DNA of 64,000 nt from a virus (lineage: Duplodnaviria > Heunggongvirae > Uroviricota > Caudoviricetes), in the IMG/VR virus record IMGVR_UViG_3300027836_000006. The stretch is one strand, 5' to 3'. Numbering within the stretch: position 1 is the first letter of the stretch; every line of letters begins with the position of its first letter. Below are positions 18,987-27,126 of this stretch, one piece after another. The position numbers and the translations under genes were made by a program. The notes under the pieces are model-generated. The model worked only from the letters and a program-made list of their open reading frames with translations. It searched no databases and was not told where the DNA came from.

Positions 18987-19694
18987 ATGACAAATTTAAA
19001 AAATTGGAACCATTATTACAACTTAGAAGGCACTGAGCAAGTTCGTGCCAATTTGGTATATACTCCGTATGTTAGTCCAGACAAGAAAACATTTTGTATG
19101 AGCTTTAACCGTGAAGAAGGATACCACATTTATGTACATGAGAATTTTAAATGGACAGACGAACTGCTATCAGACCGTTTTAACAGAGAACTGCTATTCT
19201 ATGCTCGAGCATCCAAAGTTGTGCCAACATTAGATCTAGTTGACGTAGATACAGCAAACAGACGAATATTTTTAAAATGGCACGGTGATGATTTTTATAT
19301 GCAAGGCTTAACAGCCAATGGCTACGATAACGTACTACCTAATTGGCAAGAGCAATGGACTAATCTTATTACTACTATGTGGGACACTAACATTTTGAAA
19401 TGTAGTTTACATCCAAATAGTTGGGTTGCAGTTGACGGTGTTCTAACGCCATTCAACTGGTTCTTTTGCTTTGACAAAGCTGAGACTGGAATTACCATAC
19501 GAAGTTTGTTATTACAAATAAGCGACAGCCGACAGGATAAACTAATAGAAGTGCTGAACAGCGCAGGCTTAGATATCGATAAACCATACGCAAGTGTTGA
19601 TTTACAAAAAGTTGCGTTAGAGAGTTTTAAAAGCAATTACCCAGAAGAATTAATCAACAACCTTATAAAGAAATATAATGACCTTCTATCATAA
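18987..19694 (+). CDS. hypothetical protein (235 aa)
   Basis: ORF overlaps the next gene by 17 nt (19678-19694); no motif recognised. Confidence 0.45.
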   Translation: MTNLKNWNHYYNLEGTEQVRANLVYTPYVSPDKKTFCMSFNREEGYHIYVHENFKWTDELLSDRFNRELLFYARASKVVPTLDLVDVDTANRRIFLKWHGDDFYMQGLTANGYDNVLPNWQEQWTNLITTMWDTNILKCSLHPNSWVAVDGVLTPFNWFFCFDKAETGITIRSLLLQISDSRQDKLIEVLNSAGLDIDKPYASVDLQKVALESFKSNYPEELINNLIKKYNDLLS

Positions 19695-20757
19695 AATTAG
19701 AGAAATCGAAGTAGAGAATAGCGGTATATGTAATGCCGCTTGCCCGCAGTGTATTCGTGAAATTAAACCAGGAGATCATTCTTGGTTTGAGGAAGGCTAC
19801 TTACAAGCAGATGTGTTTGATAGAATACCATCTACTGTTTACGAGAATTTAGAAATATTACGATTTGCTGGATCTATAGGCGATCCGTGTGCCGCTCCAA
19901 ACTTTATTGAGGTAGTCAAAAAAGTCCGTGCCAAAGGTAAATTTAAAATTAACGTAAGCACAAACGGCGGTATGAAAAGTCCTGATTGGTGGACTAGGCT
20001 TGCCCACGCACTAGGGCCTGATGACGAAGTACAATTTGCGTTAGACGGATTAGAAGATACTAACAACATATATCGTGTAAATGTAAGTTGGAAGAAGGCG
20101 ATGGAAAATGCTCGAGCATTTATTGCCGCAGGCGGTACTGCGTTATGGCAATTTATTGTGTTTCAACATAACGAACATCAAGTTGAAGATGGACGTACAC
20201 TTGCTGAGCAAATGGGATTTAAGAAATTCATAGTTAAACCTAGTCATAGATTTTTAATGGATGACATCATGGGTGTACAGCGTTACGGCACTGGCGGGGT
20301 ACTTATACAACCCCCAGGACAGAAAGAGATGATACACAAAGTAATGTTCCAACCTAAAGTTGTTAAAGTCGATGATTTATTAAAGAATTCGAACAATAGT
20401 TGTATTAAGTGTTATGCTAAAGAGCATCAAGATGTTTATATAGATTTTACAGGTCATGTGTTTCCTTGTTGTTTTATGGCTTCAAACTTTTGGGCACAGA
20501 AACACGTATCAGTTCCAGATGGTTGGAAACAGTTATGGAACGATGCCGGCGGTGATTTAATAGACTTACACAAACAAGACTGGGATACTATTGTACAAGG
20601 CGAATTTTTTAACCAAGTTGAGAAACGATGGGACAAGGATTACAACAATGGTCGCTTGTTAATATGTTCTGGAGTGTGTTCTTCCTTTGAAGGAAGATTT
20701 AATGACCCTGCCGAATTTGGCAAGTTAGCTACTACGGAATTTAAACAGTCCCAATAA
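19678..20757 (+). CDS. radical SAM enzyme, family A
   Basis: GICNAACPQC and FAGSIGDP. Shared NARAFIAAGG...HNEHQV block. C-terminal CCF...C...C. Confidence 0.7.
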   Translation: MTFYHKIREIEVENSGICNAACPQCIREIKPGDHSWFEEGYLQADVFDRIPSTVYENLEILRFAGSIGDPCAAPNFIEVVKKVRAKGKFKINVSTNGGMKSPDWWTRLAHALGPDDEVQFALDGLEDTNNIYRVNVSWKKAMENARAFIAAGGTALWQFIVFQHNEHQVEDGRTLAEQMGFKKFIVKPSHRFLMDDIMGVQRYGTGGVLIQPPGQKEMIHKVMFQPKVVKVDDLLKNSNNSCIKCYAKEHQDVYIDFTGHVFPCCFMASNFWAQKHVSVPDGWKQLWNDAGGDLIDLHKQDWDTIVQGEFFNQVEKRWDKDYNNGRLLICSGVCSSFEGRFNDPAEFGKLATTEFKQSQ

Positions 20758-21334
20758 TCATATAGCGGGTGTAAAGTGGCAATTCCAATTCACCAGCCCA
20801 CTTTACAGTACCGAGATTACATTGTTGTTTAAACTCATCTAAACTGTTGGCAATTCTTATATGTTCAGGTATGTTATAGTTGTTACTTTGTAATACAAAT
20901 AATGTGTTATGCGGCATGCCACTTAACCACAAGTCGTATTGGTCCTGTGTAATATGTTCACAGCTAGTGTTTATAACTACATCAGCATCACTACGGATAG
21001 CACACATATCAGCAGTAACAGCACGAAACTTGCCGTATATCTCCTCTGCTTTATTCATCATATTAGCAATAGGCTCACATGCCGGATCAATGTCTACACT
21101 GCGAATACTAGTAACTGGCACATCGCTTTGGAACAGCATACTAGCAAGTACACCATTCCAGCCGCCGTGTATGTCCACCGTAACAAACTTATTGACATGT
21201 TTGCGTAATTGTTTACACAACCAATCTTTGCTTTTCATCTGCCCTGCCCAGAAACAATCTAATGTTCGCATTGGGTCAGGACTTTGCCTTACGGCTTGCA
21301 TCCAATAGTGAAAGTGATCTAAATTAATATTCAA
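20741..21334 (-). CDS. SAM-dependent methyltransferase-like protein
   Basis: Class-I methyltransferase motif order: VDIHGGWNG (motif I), SVDIDP (acidic post-I), ADVVINT (motif II). Confidence 0.45.
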   Translation of the reverse strand: MNINLDHFHYWMQAVRQSPDPMRTLDCFWAGQMKSKDWLCKQLRKHVNKFVTVDIHGGWNGVLASMLFQSDVPVTSIRSVDIDPACEPIANMMNKAEEIYGKFRAVTADMCAIRSDADVVINTSCEHITQDQYDLWLSGMPHNTLFVLQSNNYNIPEHIRIANSLDEFKQQCNLGTVKWAGELELPLYTRYMIIGTV

Positions 21335-21531
21335 TTACGTCCCCATTTAATTCGATCCCATACTCGTTCATGAATAAAGTATAGTACGGTATTTGTAATT
21401 AATTGTATACTTGCTATACTACCAGCAACAACAAAATTTCCAGATATTAAATAACTAATTCCAAACGTAGCACCACTACCTGTTATACGCCAGGTAATGG
21501 TTTTTACTAAGCTACGGCTGGGCTTATCCAT
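21331..21531 (-). CDS. small membrane protein (66 aa), DUF2061-like
   Basis: Two predicted transmembrane helices. From memory (not verified), the LYFIHERVWDRIKW motif resembles DUF2061, a family I recall seeing next to sulfate-activation genes. Confidence 0.4.
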   Translation of the reverse strand: MDKPSRSLVKTITWRITGSGATFGISYLISGNFVVAGSIASIQLITNTVLYFIHERVWDRIKWGRN

Positions 21532-22391
21532 TATTTCAAACCTAGTTCCTTGCGGATTTTTGTAGCAGAGATAGAGTGTGTAGCGTCATCAAATGTTTCT
21601 TGTTCGATTTTATAACCTACATCTCGACCATAGGTAATGTTTACAATGTTGGGTACAACTTGTATTTCATACTGTCCTTGGAATAGCGGATCTAAGTCAC
21701 GTTTAATATAACTCTTAACTTGATCTATAGCAAACGGGTTGCTTCCTTGCCAGCCTTGGCAATCACGTATTTGAATAACTACTTGACCTGTTTTGGCAAT
21801 AGAACGTTCAAATAATTTACGATGGCCTTCATGCCAAGGTTGCCACCTACCTAACATTTGTACCGTCTCTTTTTGCCAATCAAATGTAGGACGACGTTTA
21901 TTTTCTAAAATGTGCTGGCCCACAAACTCGACCCACTTTTCAGCATTTTGTTCGATTATCCTAAAATCATATTGCTCGGGTGGAACGAATGCTTTGTTAG
22001 TATCGTCAAAGCGGCCAGCGTCGATTGTGTCGATCCAGATAGTCCAGTCGGCTTTAAAGTTGTTACGCATTTCAACTAGCGGTGCTACAAAATCACAGAT
22101 AACAAAATCACCTGTACAGTTGATAGCAAAATCAAACATTCTGATACTTTGACGAATGCGCCCTTCACGGCTAAAATCCCAGTCGTTGAATCTTTTACGA
22201 ACATCATCGGCATTGAACCAATCCACTCCTACTTTCAACATGTCAGGGCCCGGGATGCCTTCATAATTTAACAACCTATTTGGATTTACTTTATATAAAT
22301 CCCCATTTTCTTCTATGTATTTTTTAAGTCGTTCAGCAAAATAGGTTTTGCCCGAACCAGGTAATCCCATAATTAAGATTCTTTTAGCCAT
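21531..22391 (-). CDS. PAPS-synthase-like fusion: N-terminal APS kinase-like P-loop domain plus C-terminal minimal HxxH sulfurylase/nucleotidyltransferase domain
   Basis: GLPGSGKTYFA Walker A. ADDVRKRF...DWDFSREGRIRQSIR compares with the CysC block LDGDNVRHGL...DLGFSDADRKENIRRV. C-terminal QPWHEGHRKL compares with the ATP-sulfurylase QTRNPMHRAHREL. The protein ends ...SATKIRKEL. Confidence 0.55.
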   Translation of the reverse strand: MAKRILIMGLPGSGKTYFAERLKKYIEENGDLYKVNPNRLLNYEGIPGPDMLKVGVDWFNADDVRKRFNDWDFSREGRIRQSIRMFDFAINCTGDFVICDFVAPLVEMRNNFKADWTIWIDTIDAGRFDDTNKAFVPPEQYDFRIIEQNAEKWVEFVGQHILENKRRPTFDWQKETVQMLGRWQPWHEGHRKLFERSIAKTGQVVIQIRDCQGWQGSNPFAIDQVKSYIKRDLDPLFQGQYEIQVVPNIVNITYGRDVGYKIEQETFDDATHSISATKIRKELGLK

Positions 22392-23362
22392 TTTATTTCC
22401 TTTGGTATCTTACTGTCAGCACTACTGACACATGTATTAGTTATACATTCTTGCGGGCTGTCAAATAATTTAAAGTTCGAAAGTGTACCTAATGGTTGGT
22501 CGTGACAACTATAACTACGTTTTACTTCCGTTCCTCTAATTATAACACTTTGGTATCCAGCGTTACAATTCCACCCACTAAACTTATTGAATCCAAATGC
22601 GTTAAATCGCTCGGCTTGATCAAATAAGTGTTCTGTTCCATCTGCTTCGTATAATGCTATTTGATAAAGTTCCTCACCATTAGCACGTTGCGGAAATCCT
22701 TCACGCATCTTGTGTATCATATCATCAGTATAACCCTCAACAACCGCACTCGCTGTCGGATCACTTTGAGGCTTTAAAGTAACGTTGATTCCACGGTTGT
22801 GAAAACGTTCCATGCGTTCATAGAGTTCGTAGAACTTTTCTGGCACCATAACTTGATTGATTGTAACGTGTACTAGCTCGTATTGTAATTGTAAACACTT
22901 GTCGCCGAACTCTTGTTCCTTGGCAAACTCATCGTGGAAGCTGGCCGTAATACTACGGCGTTGTAATAGTTCAGTATTCTTACACCAAGTGTTCCACCAT
23001 TTGCTTCCCGGTGACAAATTGGTAGTCATGTGTATACTTTGGTAGGTACTTTCCTTTTCGTCCAAATGTTTAACTAAGTCTGGCAATTGTTTATAAGCAG
23101 TAGGCTCACCTCCGCTGAACGACCAATGGAACTGGTTAAACCCATTAGCTCGTGCTTGACGCTTAATCTCGTCTACAGTAGATTTATACACTTCAAGCGG
23201 CTGGTGATCCAATTTGTCGCTACGGGCATATGGCCAACAATAGCTACAACTATAATTACAGAATCTACCCAAAATCCAACTGGTAGAAAATAATGGTTTG
23301 GCTAGCATTGTGCGTTGCCCAAACCGTACAATATTTTGGAAAGGAATGGTTGAAAAGCTCAT
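22373..23362 (-). CDS. radical SAM enzyme, family C
   Basis: CNYSCSYC, FSGGEP, and a C-terminal GWNCNAG...C...C motif. Confidence 0.7.
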   Translation of the reverse strand: MSFSTIPFQNIVRFGQRTMLAKPLFSTSWILGRFCNYSCSYCWPYARSDKLDHQPLEVYKSTVDEIKRQARANGFNQFHWSFSGGEPTAYKQLPDLVKHLDEKESTYQSIHMTTNLSPGSKWWNTWCKNTELLQRRSITASFHDEFAKEQEFGDKCLQLQYELVHVTINQVMVPEKFYELYERMERFHNRGINVTLKPQSDPTASAVVEGYTDDMIHKMREGFPQRANGEELYQIALYEADGTEHLFDQAERFNAFGFNKFSGWNCNAGYQSVIIRGTEVKRSYSCHDQPLGTLSNFKLFDSPQECITNTCVSSADSKIPKEIKWLKES

Positions 23363-23390
23363 TGACAGTATTTACAAATAAGTATATAAT
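23362..23390 (+). promoter_or_regulatory. consensus sigma70 promoter: TTGACA-N17-TATAAT
   Basis: TTGACA at 23362-23367, a 17-nt spacer, and TATAAT at 23385-23390. The predicted start site (~23397) coincides with the 5' end of the tRNA-like acceptor stem. Confidence 0.65.
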
Positions 23391-23396
23391 ACAATG

Positions 23397-23507
23397 GTAG
23401 ACGTGAGTGGAACATGGTATACCTCCTCCTAGTAGCTTCGGCGAACGGAGGGACAGGGCCTAGCCCATTGGGCGGCTTTGTAGGTTCGAATCCTACCGTC
23501 TACACCA
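23397..23507 (+). ncRNA. tRNA-like structured RNA (111 nt with encoded CCA); non-canonical, possibly a tRNA with an insertion or a viral tRNA-like element
   Basis: Perfect 7-bp acceptor stem GTAGACG/CGTCTAC. Discriminator A followed by CCA. T-arm GTAGG-TTCGAAT-CCTAC. Internal hairpins at 29-33/51-55 (UUCG-capped) and 60-82. I could not fold a canonical D-arm or anticodon arm. Confidence 0.45.
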
Positions 23508-23536
23508 TTTTTAACACAGGCACAGAAAGGCAGTTT

Positions 23537-23857
23537 ATGAAAAAGGCACTTTTGGTACTACTACTTATTACTAATACAGCTATGGCACAAACTTGGGATT
23601 GGAAAAATCCAGAATCCAAATTTGACGCTACAAAAAATGAAGTGATGGATGTCAAATTGCGGTGGGTTGTAGTCAAAGACATCGATGCCGCTTGTAACGC
23701 AGAAAGTAAAAAACGGGGCGGAGGAGTTTTCCGTTTTAACGTACAGGCTTGTTCGTTTTGGGAAGGTAAGGAATGTATTATTATGACGCCTAAAATGGCT
23801 AGTATTCATAATTTAGGACACGAAGTTTTACATTGTTTTAGGGGCGCATACCATTGA
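23537..23857 (+). CDS. secreted hypothetical protein (signal peptide MKKALLVLLLITNTAMA)
   Basis: Start moved to the internal ATG, which has an aaagg SD 6 nt upstream. The upstream part of the ORF-track frame covers the RNA gene. Confidence 0.5.
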   Translation: MKKALLVLLLITNTAMAQTWDWKNPESKFDATKNEVMDVKLRWVVVKDIDAACNAESKKRGGGVFRFNVQACSFWEGKECIIMTPKMASIHNLGHEVLHCFRGAYH

Positions 23858-24255
23858 AATACGATTTAGTTGAGGACATACGCAACTGTCCTGAAATGAT
23901 GGCAAAGATTCGTGCGGATGACGGACGCTATGCTCAAAACTTATATGCCGCATGGTGTAATATGCAATGGTGTCCAAAAGAACTTTGGCCTACGTTGCGA
24001 CAGGACCCAGATAAAGATTTGTGGTCAGCTAGTTGGCGTGGCGCTGGCGGCATTGTAGCAAACCTTAGAAATAAGGGTGAAGACTACATGAACTATTACT
24101 GTAGTGGTATGGGCGGAGTAGCAATGAGCTATGAAGAAGACCCTGAATGGAAAAAACTTGGGCATGTTGGCGAAGGACATGTTACAGATGAGATTGCCAC
24201 AGATCTTGACAGACTAGGCTGGTTTCCTGTACCATGGGAAGATGACGGAATTTAA
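23854..24255 (+). CDS. hypothetical protein (133 aa)
   Basis: ORF coupled to the upstream gene by an ATGA overlap; no motif recognised. Confidence 0.45.
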   Translation: MKYDLVEDIRNCPEMMAKIRADDGRYAQNLYAAWCNMQWCPKELWPTLRQDPDKDLWSASWRGAGGIVANLRNKGEDYMNYYCSGMGGVAMSYEEDPEWKKLGHVGEGHVTDEIATDLDRLGWFPVPWEDDGI

Positions 24256-24267
24256 AGTAAATACATT

Positions 24268-24444
24268 ATGACAAAAACAACATATACAGTCGAAGAACTA
24301 TTTGAAGACATTCCTGATGATCCAGATAATGTCATTATGAAACTACCTCCAGAAATTTGCGAAGCTCAGGGTTGGGTAGAAGGCGATACTATTAACATTA
24401 AAGTAGAAGATGGTGCTATGGTACTATCTAAGGTAAATGGCTAA
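24268..24444 (+). CDS. small AbrB/MazE (SpoVT-AbrB)-like DNA-binding protein (58 aa); not in the ORF track
   Basis: Translated by hand as ...LPPEICEAQGWVEGDTINIKVEDGAMVLSKVNG, resembling a swapped-hairpin AbrB motif. Its stop overlaps the infA start. Confidence 0.4.
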   Translation: MTKTTYTVEELFEDIPDDPDNVIMKLPPEICEAQGWVEGDTINIKVEDGAMVLSKVNG

Positions 24445-24655
24445 AGACGACATTATTGAACTAGTAGGAACTGTTGAAGAAGTATTACCTGGAAATATGT
24501 TTAGGGTTAAGATAGATCAAGCACCAAATCCAATTTTGTGCTACATGGGTGGTAAACTAAAACAACACAAGATTAGGATAATTTTGGGTGATAAGGTTAA
24601 GTTGGAAGTCAGTCCGTACGACCTTACAAAGGGCAGAGTAACTTATAGGTTGTAA
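24437..24655 (+). CDS. infA: translation initiation factor IF-1
   Basis: 72 aa. MAKDDIIELVGTVEEVLPGNMFRV...IRIILGDKVKLEVSPYDLTKGRV aligns along its length with E. coli IF-1 (S1-like OB fold). Confidence 0.8.
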   Translation: MAKDDIIELVGTVEEVLPGNMFRVKIDQAPNPILCYMGGKLKQHKIRIILGDKVKLEVSPYDLTKGRVTYRL

Positions 24656-24657
24656 CT

Positions 24658-25332
24658 ATGAACTCAATAATGGAAACTGTATGTTTGATTTGTACACAAG
24701 TTAGACACAAGACTAAACAAGATACTAGTTTTCCAAAGTTGTTAGTAGAATTACGCCGTGGGTTTCGTAGGGCCGGATTAGATTTAAAAATAAAGTCGCA
24801 AATAAAAAAGTTTCTTGCTACGGAAGAATTTTATGTAAACGCATATTATGATCCCGAAGACGATCAAAATAAAGAAACCCCAATTGAAGTAATAATATAT
24901 CATAATTTTGATAAAGACGTTATTTGGAGCCATGCTCAGATAACAGATTTACTTGTTCAAATATTTGATGCTACTATACACGAGTACAAACATCAGCGAC
25001 AAAGCCGAAAACGTAAACATAAAGAGTTTTGGGAACGAGCGGATGCTGAACAAGAATTTCACGAATACTTACAAGACCCGGACGAACTAGATGCTTACGC
25101 ATTGAGCATAGCCATTGAACTTTGCCGAACCGTTGGTAAATATCGAGCATTACGTTATATGCCCAAATTCACAACATTGGCTAGACTTAAGGTCAAAGAG
25201 GAATTTGTCAGCCCAAATCTTAATGCTTATGTTAGCCATTTTGAAAAACCCATAAGTCCGTTGTTAAGACGACTTGCCAAAAAGATTTATGTGCGCCTAA
25301 TGAAAGTTGACACTGACTTCATCTTCATGTAA
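24658..25332 (+). CDS. hypothetical protein (224 aa)
   Basis: ORF only; no motif recognised. Confidence 0.45.
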   Translation: MNSIMETVCLICTQVRHKTKQDTSFPKLLVELRRGFRRAGLDLKIKSQIKKFLATEEFYVNAYYDPEDDQNKETPIEVIIYHNFDKDVIWSHAQITDLLVQIFDATIHEYKHQRQSRKRKHKEFWERADAEQEFHEYLQDPDELDAYALSIAIELCRTVGKYRALRYMPKFTTLARLKVKEEFVSPNLNAYVSHFEKPISPLLRRLAKKIYVRLMKVDTDFIFM

Positions 25333-25366
25333 AATACAAAGTATATTAACCCACACAGAGCGTAAC

Positions 25367-26053
25367 ATGAAAGAGTACCCCACCCAACAAGTTCTAGAGC
25401 TAGCTTGTGCGGCGCAACGAATTAACGGTAACTACATTAAAGAAAGTGCAAGTGTATTTGCCGACGACAATACTTACATGTACACCAATCATACAAACAA
25501 AATGATGATGCTGTGTACAGTAAATCCTGGCAACTGGACAGCTGATCCAAAAGAAGCTCCTATGCCTCTTAAAGTCTTGCCAGAAGACATTCTCCTTTCA
25601 GAAGAAATTAAACGACATTTTCGAAAATTTATGTTTAGCGCCATTGAAGGTGAAAACGATTTTCAAACCAATATAAACACAATACTAAGCGGCGAAACCG
25701 TCAAAGCAAACCAATTTGGTTATGTGGCATGTTTGCCCAGCGTGTATGTTAGAGATATTGCCCAGACTAAAGTTAAGCGAGCGGCACAACAAGTTGAAGA
25801 AGGCGCATTGGCAGAAATTGGTTCTACTCTCAAAGATTTAGATGCTGAAATAATTTCCTCAGTTAAGTCAAAAAACTTTGAAGGTTACAATATAGATGCT
25901 ATAATTAACAATAGGATGGTATCCTGGATGAATAAAACGCATCTTAATTTGGGGCCTGCTGTTATAGTTAAAGCCAAAGTTAAAGATTGTAACAAACACT
26001 GGAAACATCAAAATGATGTGACTAGACTACATTATGTAAAGGCCGCACAATGA
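25367..26053 (+). CDS. hypothetical protein
   Basis: Start placed at the internal ATG (MKEYPTQQ), downstream of the previous stop. Confidence 0.4.
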   Translation: MKEYPTQQVLELACAAQRINGNYIKESASVFADDNTYMYTNHTNKMMMLCTVNPGNWTADPKEAPMPLKVLPEDILLSEEIKRHFRKFMFSAIEGENDFQTNINTILSGETVKANQFGYVACLPSVYVRDIAQTKVKRAAQQVEEGALAEIGSTLKDLDAEIISSVKSKNFEGYNIDAIINNRMVSWMNKTHLNLGPAVIVKAKVKDCNKHWKHQNDVTRLHYVKAAQ

Positions 26054-26268
26054 CTCATTCGTGGATTTTGATTATTGCTATGCATAGTCCAGCTGGAGAC
26101 TTTATGAATAAAGAAACTATCGGCTTTGAATCTAAACGAGCATGTGAAGCAGTAAAGGCACAATTGCCTAACTTAGATAATCCCATGCGTGTAAAACATA
26201 AAGGACTATGCGTAACTCGAGATCATTGGGAAGGTAAGAAACAAATGCCAGGAGTAGCGTATGACTAA
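26050..26268 (+). CDS. hypothetical small protein
   Basis: ATGA overlap with the upstream gene. Confidence 0.4.
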   Translation: MTHSWILIIAMHSPAGDFMNKETIGFESKRACEAVKAQLPNLDNPMRVKHKGLCVTRDHWEGKKQMPGVAYD

Positions 26269-26515
26269 AGAGAAACATAAGAAGTATCAATGGATTGACG
26301 GCGAAACTGCAGATCGTATTACTAGTCTTAATTTAAAAGACTATCGTGCGTATCTCAAGAAAGAAATCAAGCAGTGGAAGAAGAATCCAAAATCAGATGC
26401 TAACCCTACCGGCTATTGGCTACATCCAGAAGATGTAGGACTTAACATTCAAACTATTGCAGCACTGGATTTGATTATTAGTCATTTTCCAGAAACATCG
26501 GATGAGATAAAATGA
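26261..26515 (+). CDS. hypothetical small protein
   Basis: Overlapping, translationally coupled ORF. Confidence 0.4.
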   Translation: MTKEKHKKYQWIDGETADRITSLNLKDYRAYLKKEIKQWKKNPKSDANPTGYWLHPEDVGLNIQTIAALDLIISHFPETSDEIK

Positions 26516-27126
26516 AACTAGAACTAGATAAGTTGTTGTGTGAGAAGTATCCAAAGATGATGGTTAACCGCACTAAGAACATGCAGGAAACTGCTATGTG
26601 TTGGGGCTTCGATTGTGGCGATGGTTGGTATAATATCCTAGATCAGCTTATGGGTAATATTCAGCATCACATTGATTGGAAAGAGAAACAGCGTAACTGG
26701 GCTATTGATCATAATGCTATGGTCGCACAATGTCGAGAAGGCATTTTTGACCTGTTTGAAAAAAGCATGGAAACTGTTACTAATCAAGAATACAAAGAAA
26801 AACGTCTAGAAGAAATTCTTGCTAACGGTTTTAGAGAAGTGCCTGAACTTATTCCGCAAGTAACGTTGGACCAAGTTAAAGAAAAGTTTGGTACACTACG
26901 GTTTTACTACACTGGCGGAGACGATTATATCAGCGGTATGGTGTCATTAGCAGAAAGCATGACTGGAGTTACTTGCGAAAGCTGTGGTAACATTGGTGAA
27001 CGCCGGGGCGGCGGATGGGTACACACTTATTGTACACCTTGTGAAGAAGCACGTGAACTAGCACGTAAGCAAGCGGATGAAGAATGGGAAATGAAAAAAT
27101 TACTCAAGGAAGGAAACGAGCAATGA
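26512..27126 (+). CDS. hypothetical protein with a C-terminal zinc-ribbon (CESCGN...CTPC)
   Basis: ATGA coupling; Cys4 cluster. Confidence 0.45.
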   Translation: MKLELDKLLCEKYPKMMVNRTKNMQETAMCWGFDCGDGWYNILDQLMGNIQHHIDWKEKQRNWAIDHNAMVAQCREGIFDLFEKSMETVTNQEYKEKRLEEILANGFREVPELIPQVTLDQVKEKFGTLRFYYTGGDDYISGMVSLAESMTGVTCESCGNIGERRGGGWVHTYCTPCEEARELARKQADEEWEMKKLLKEGNEQ

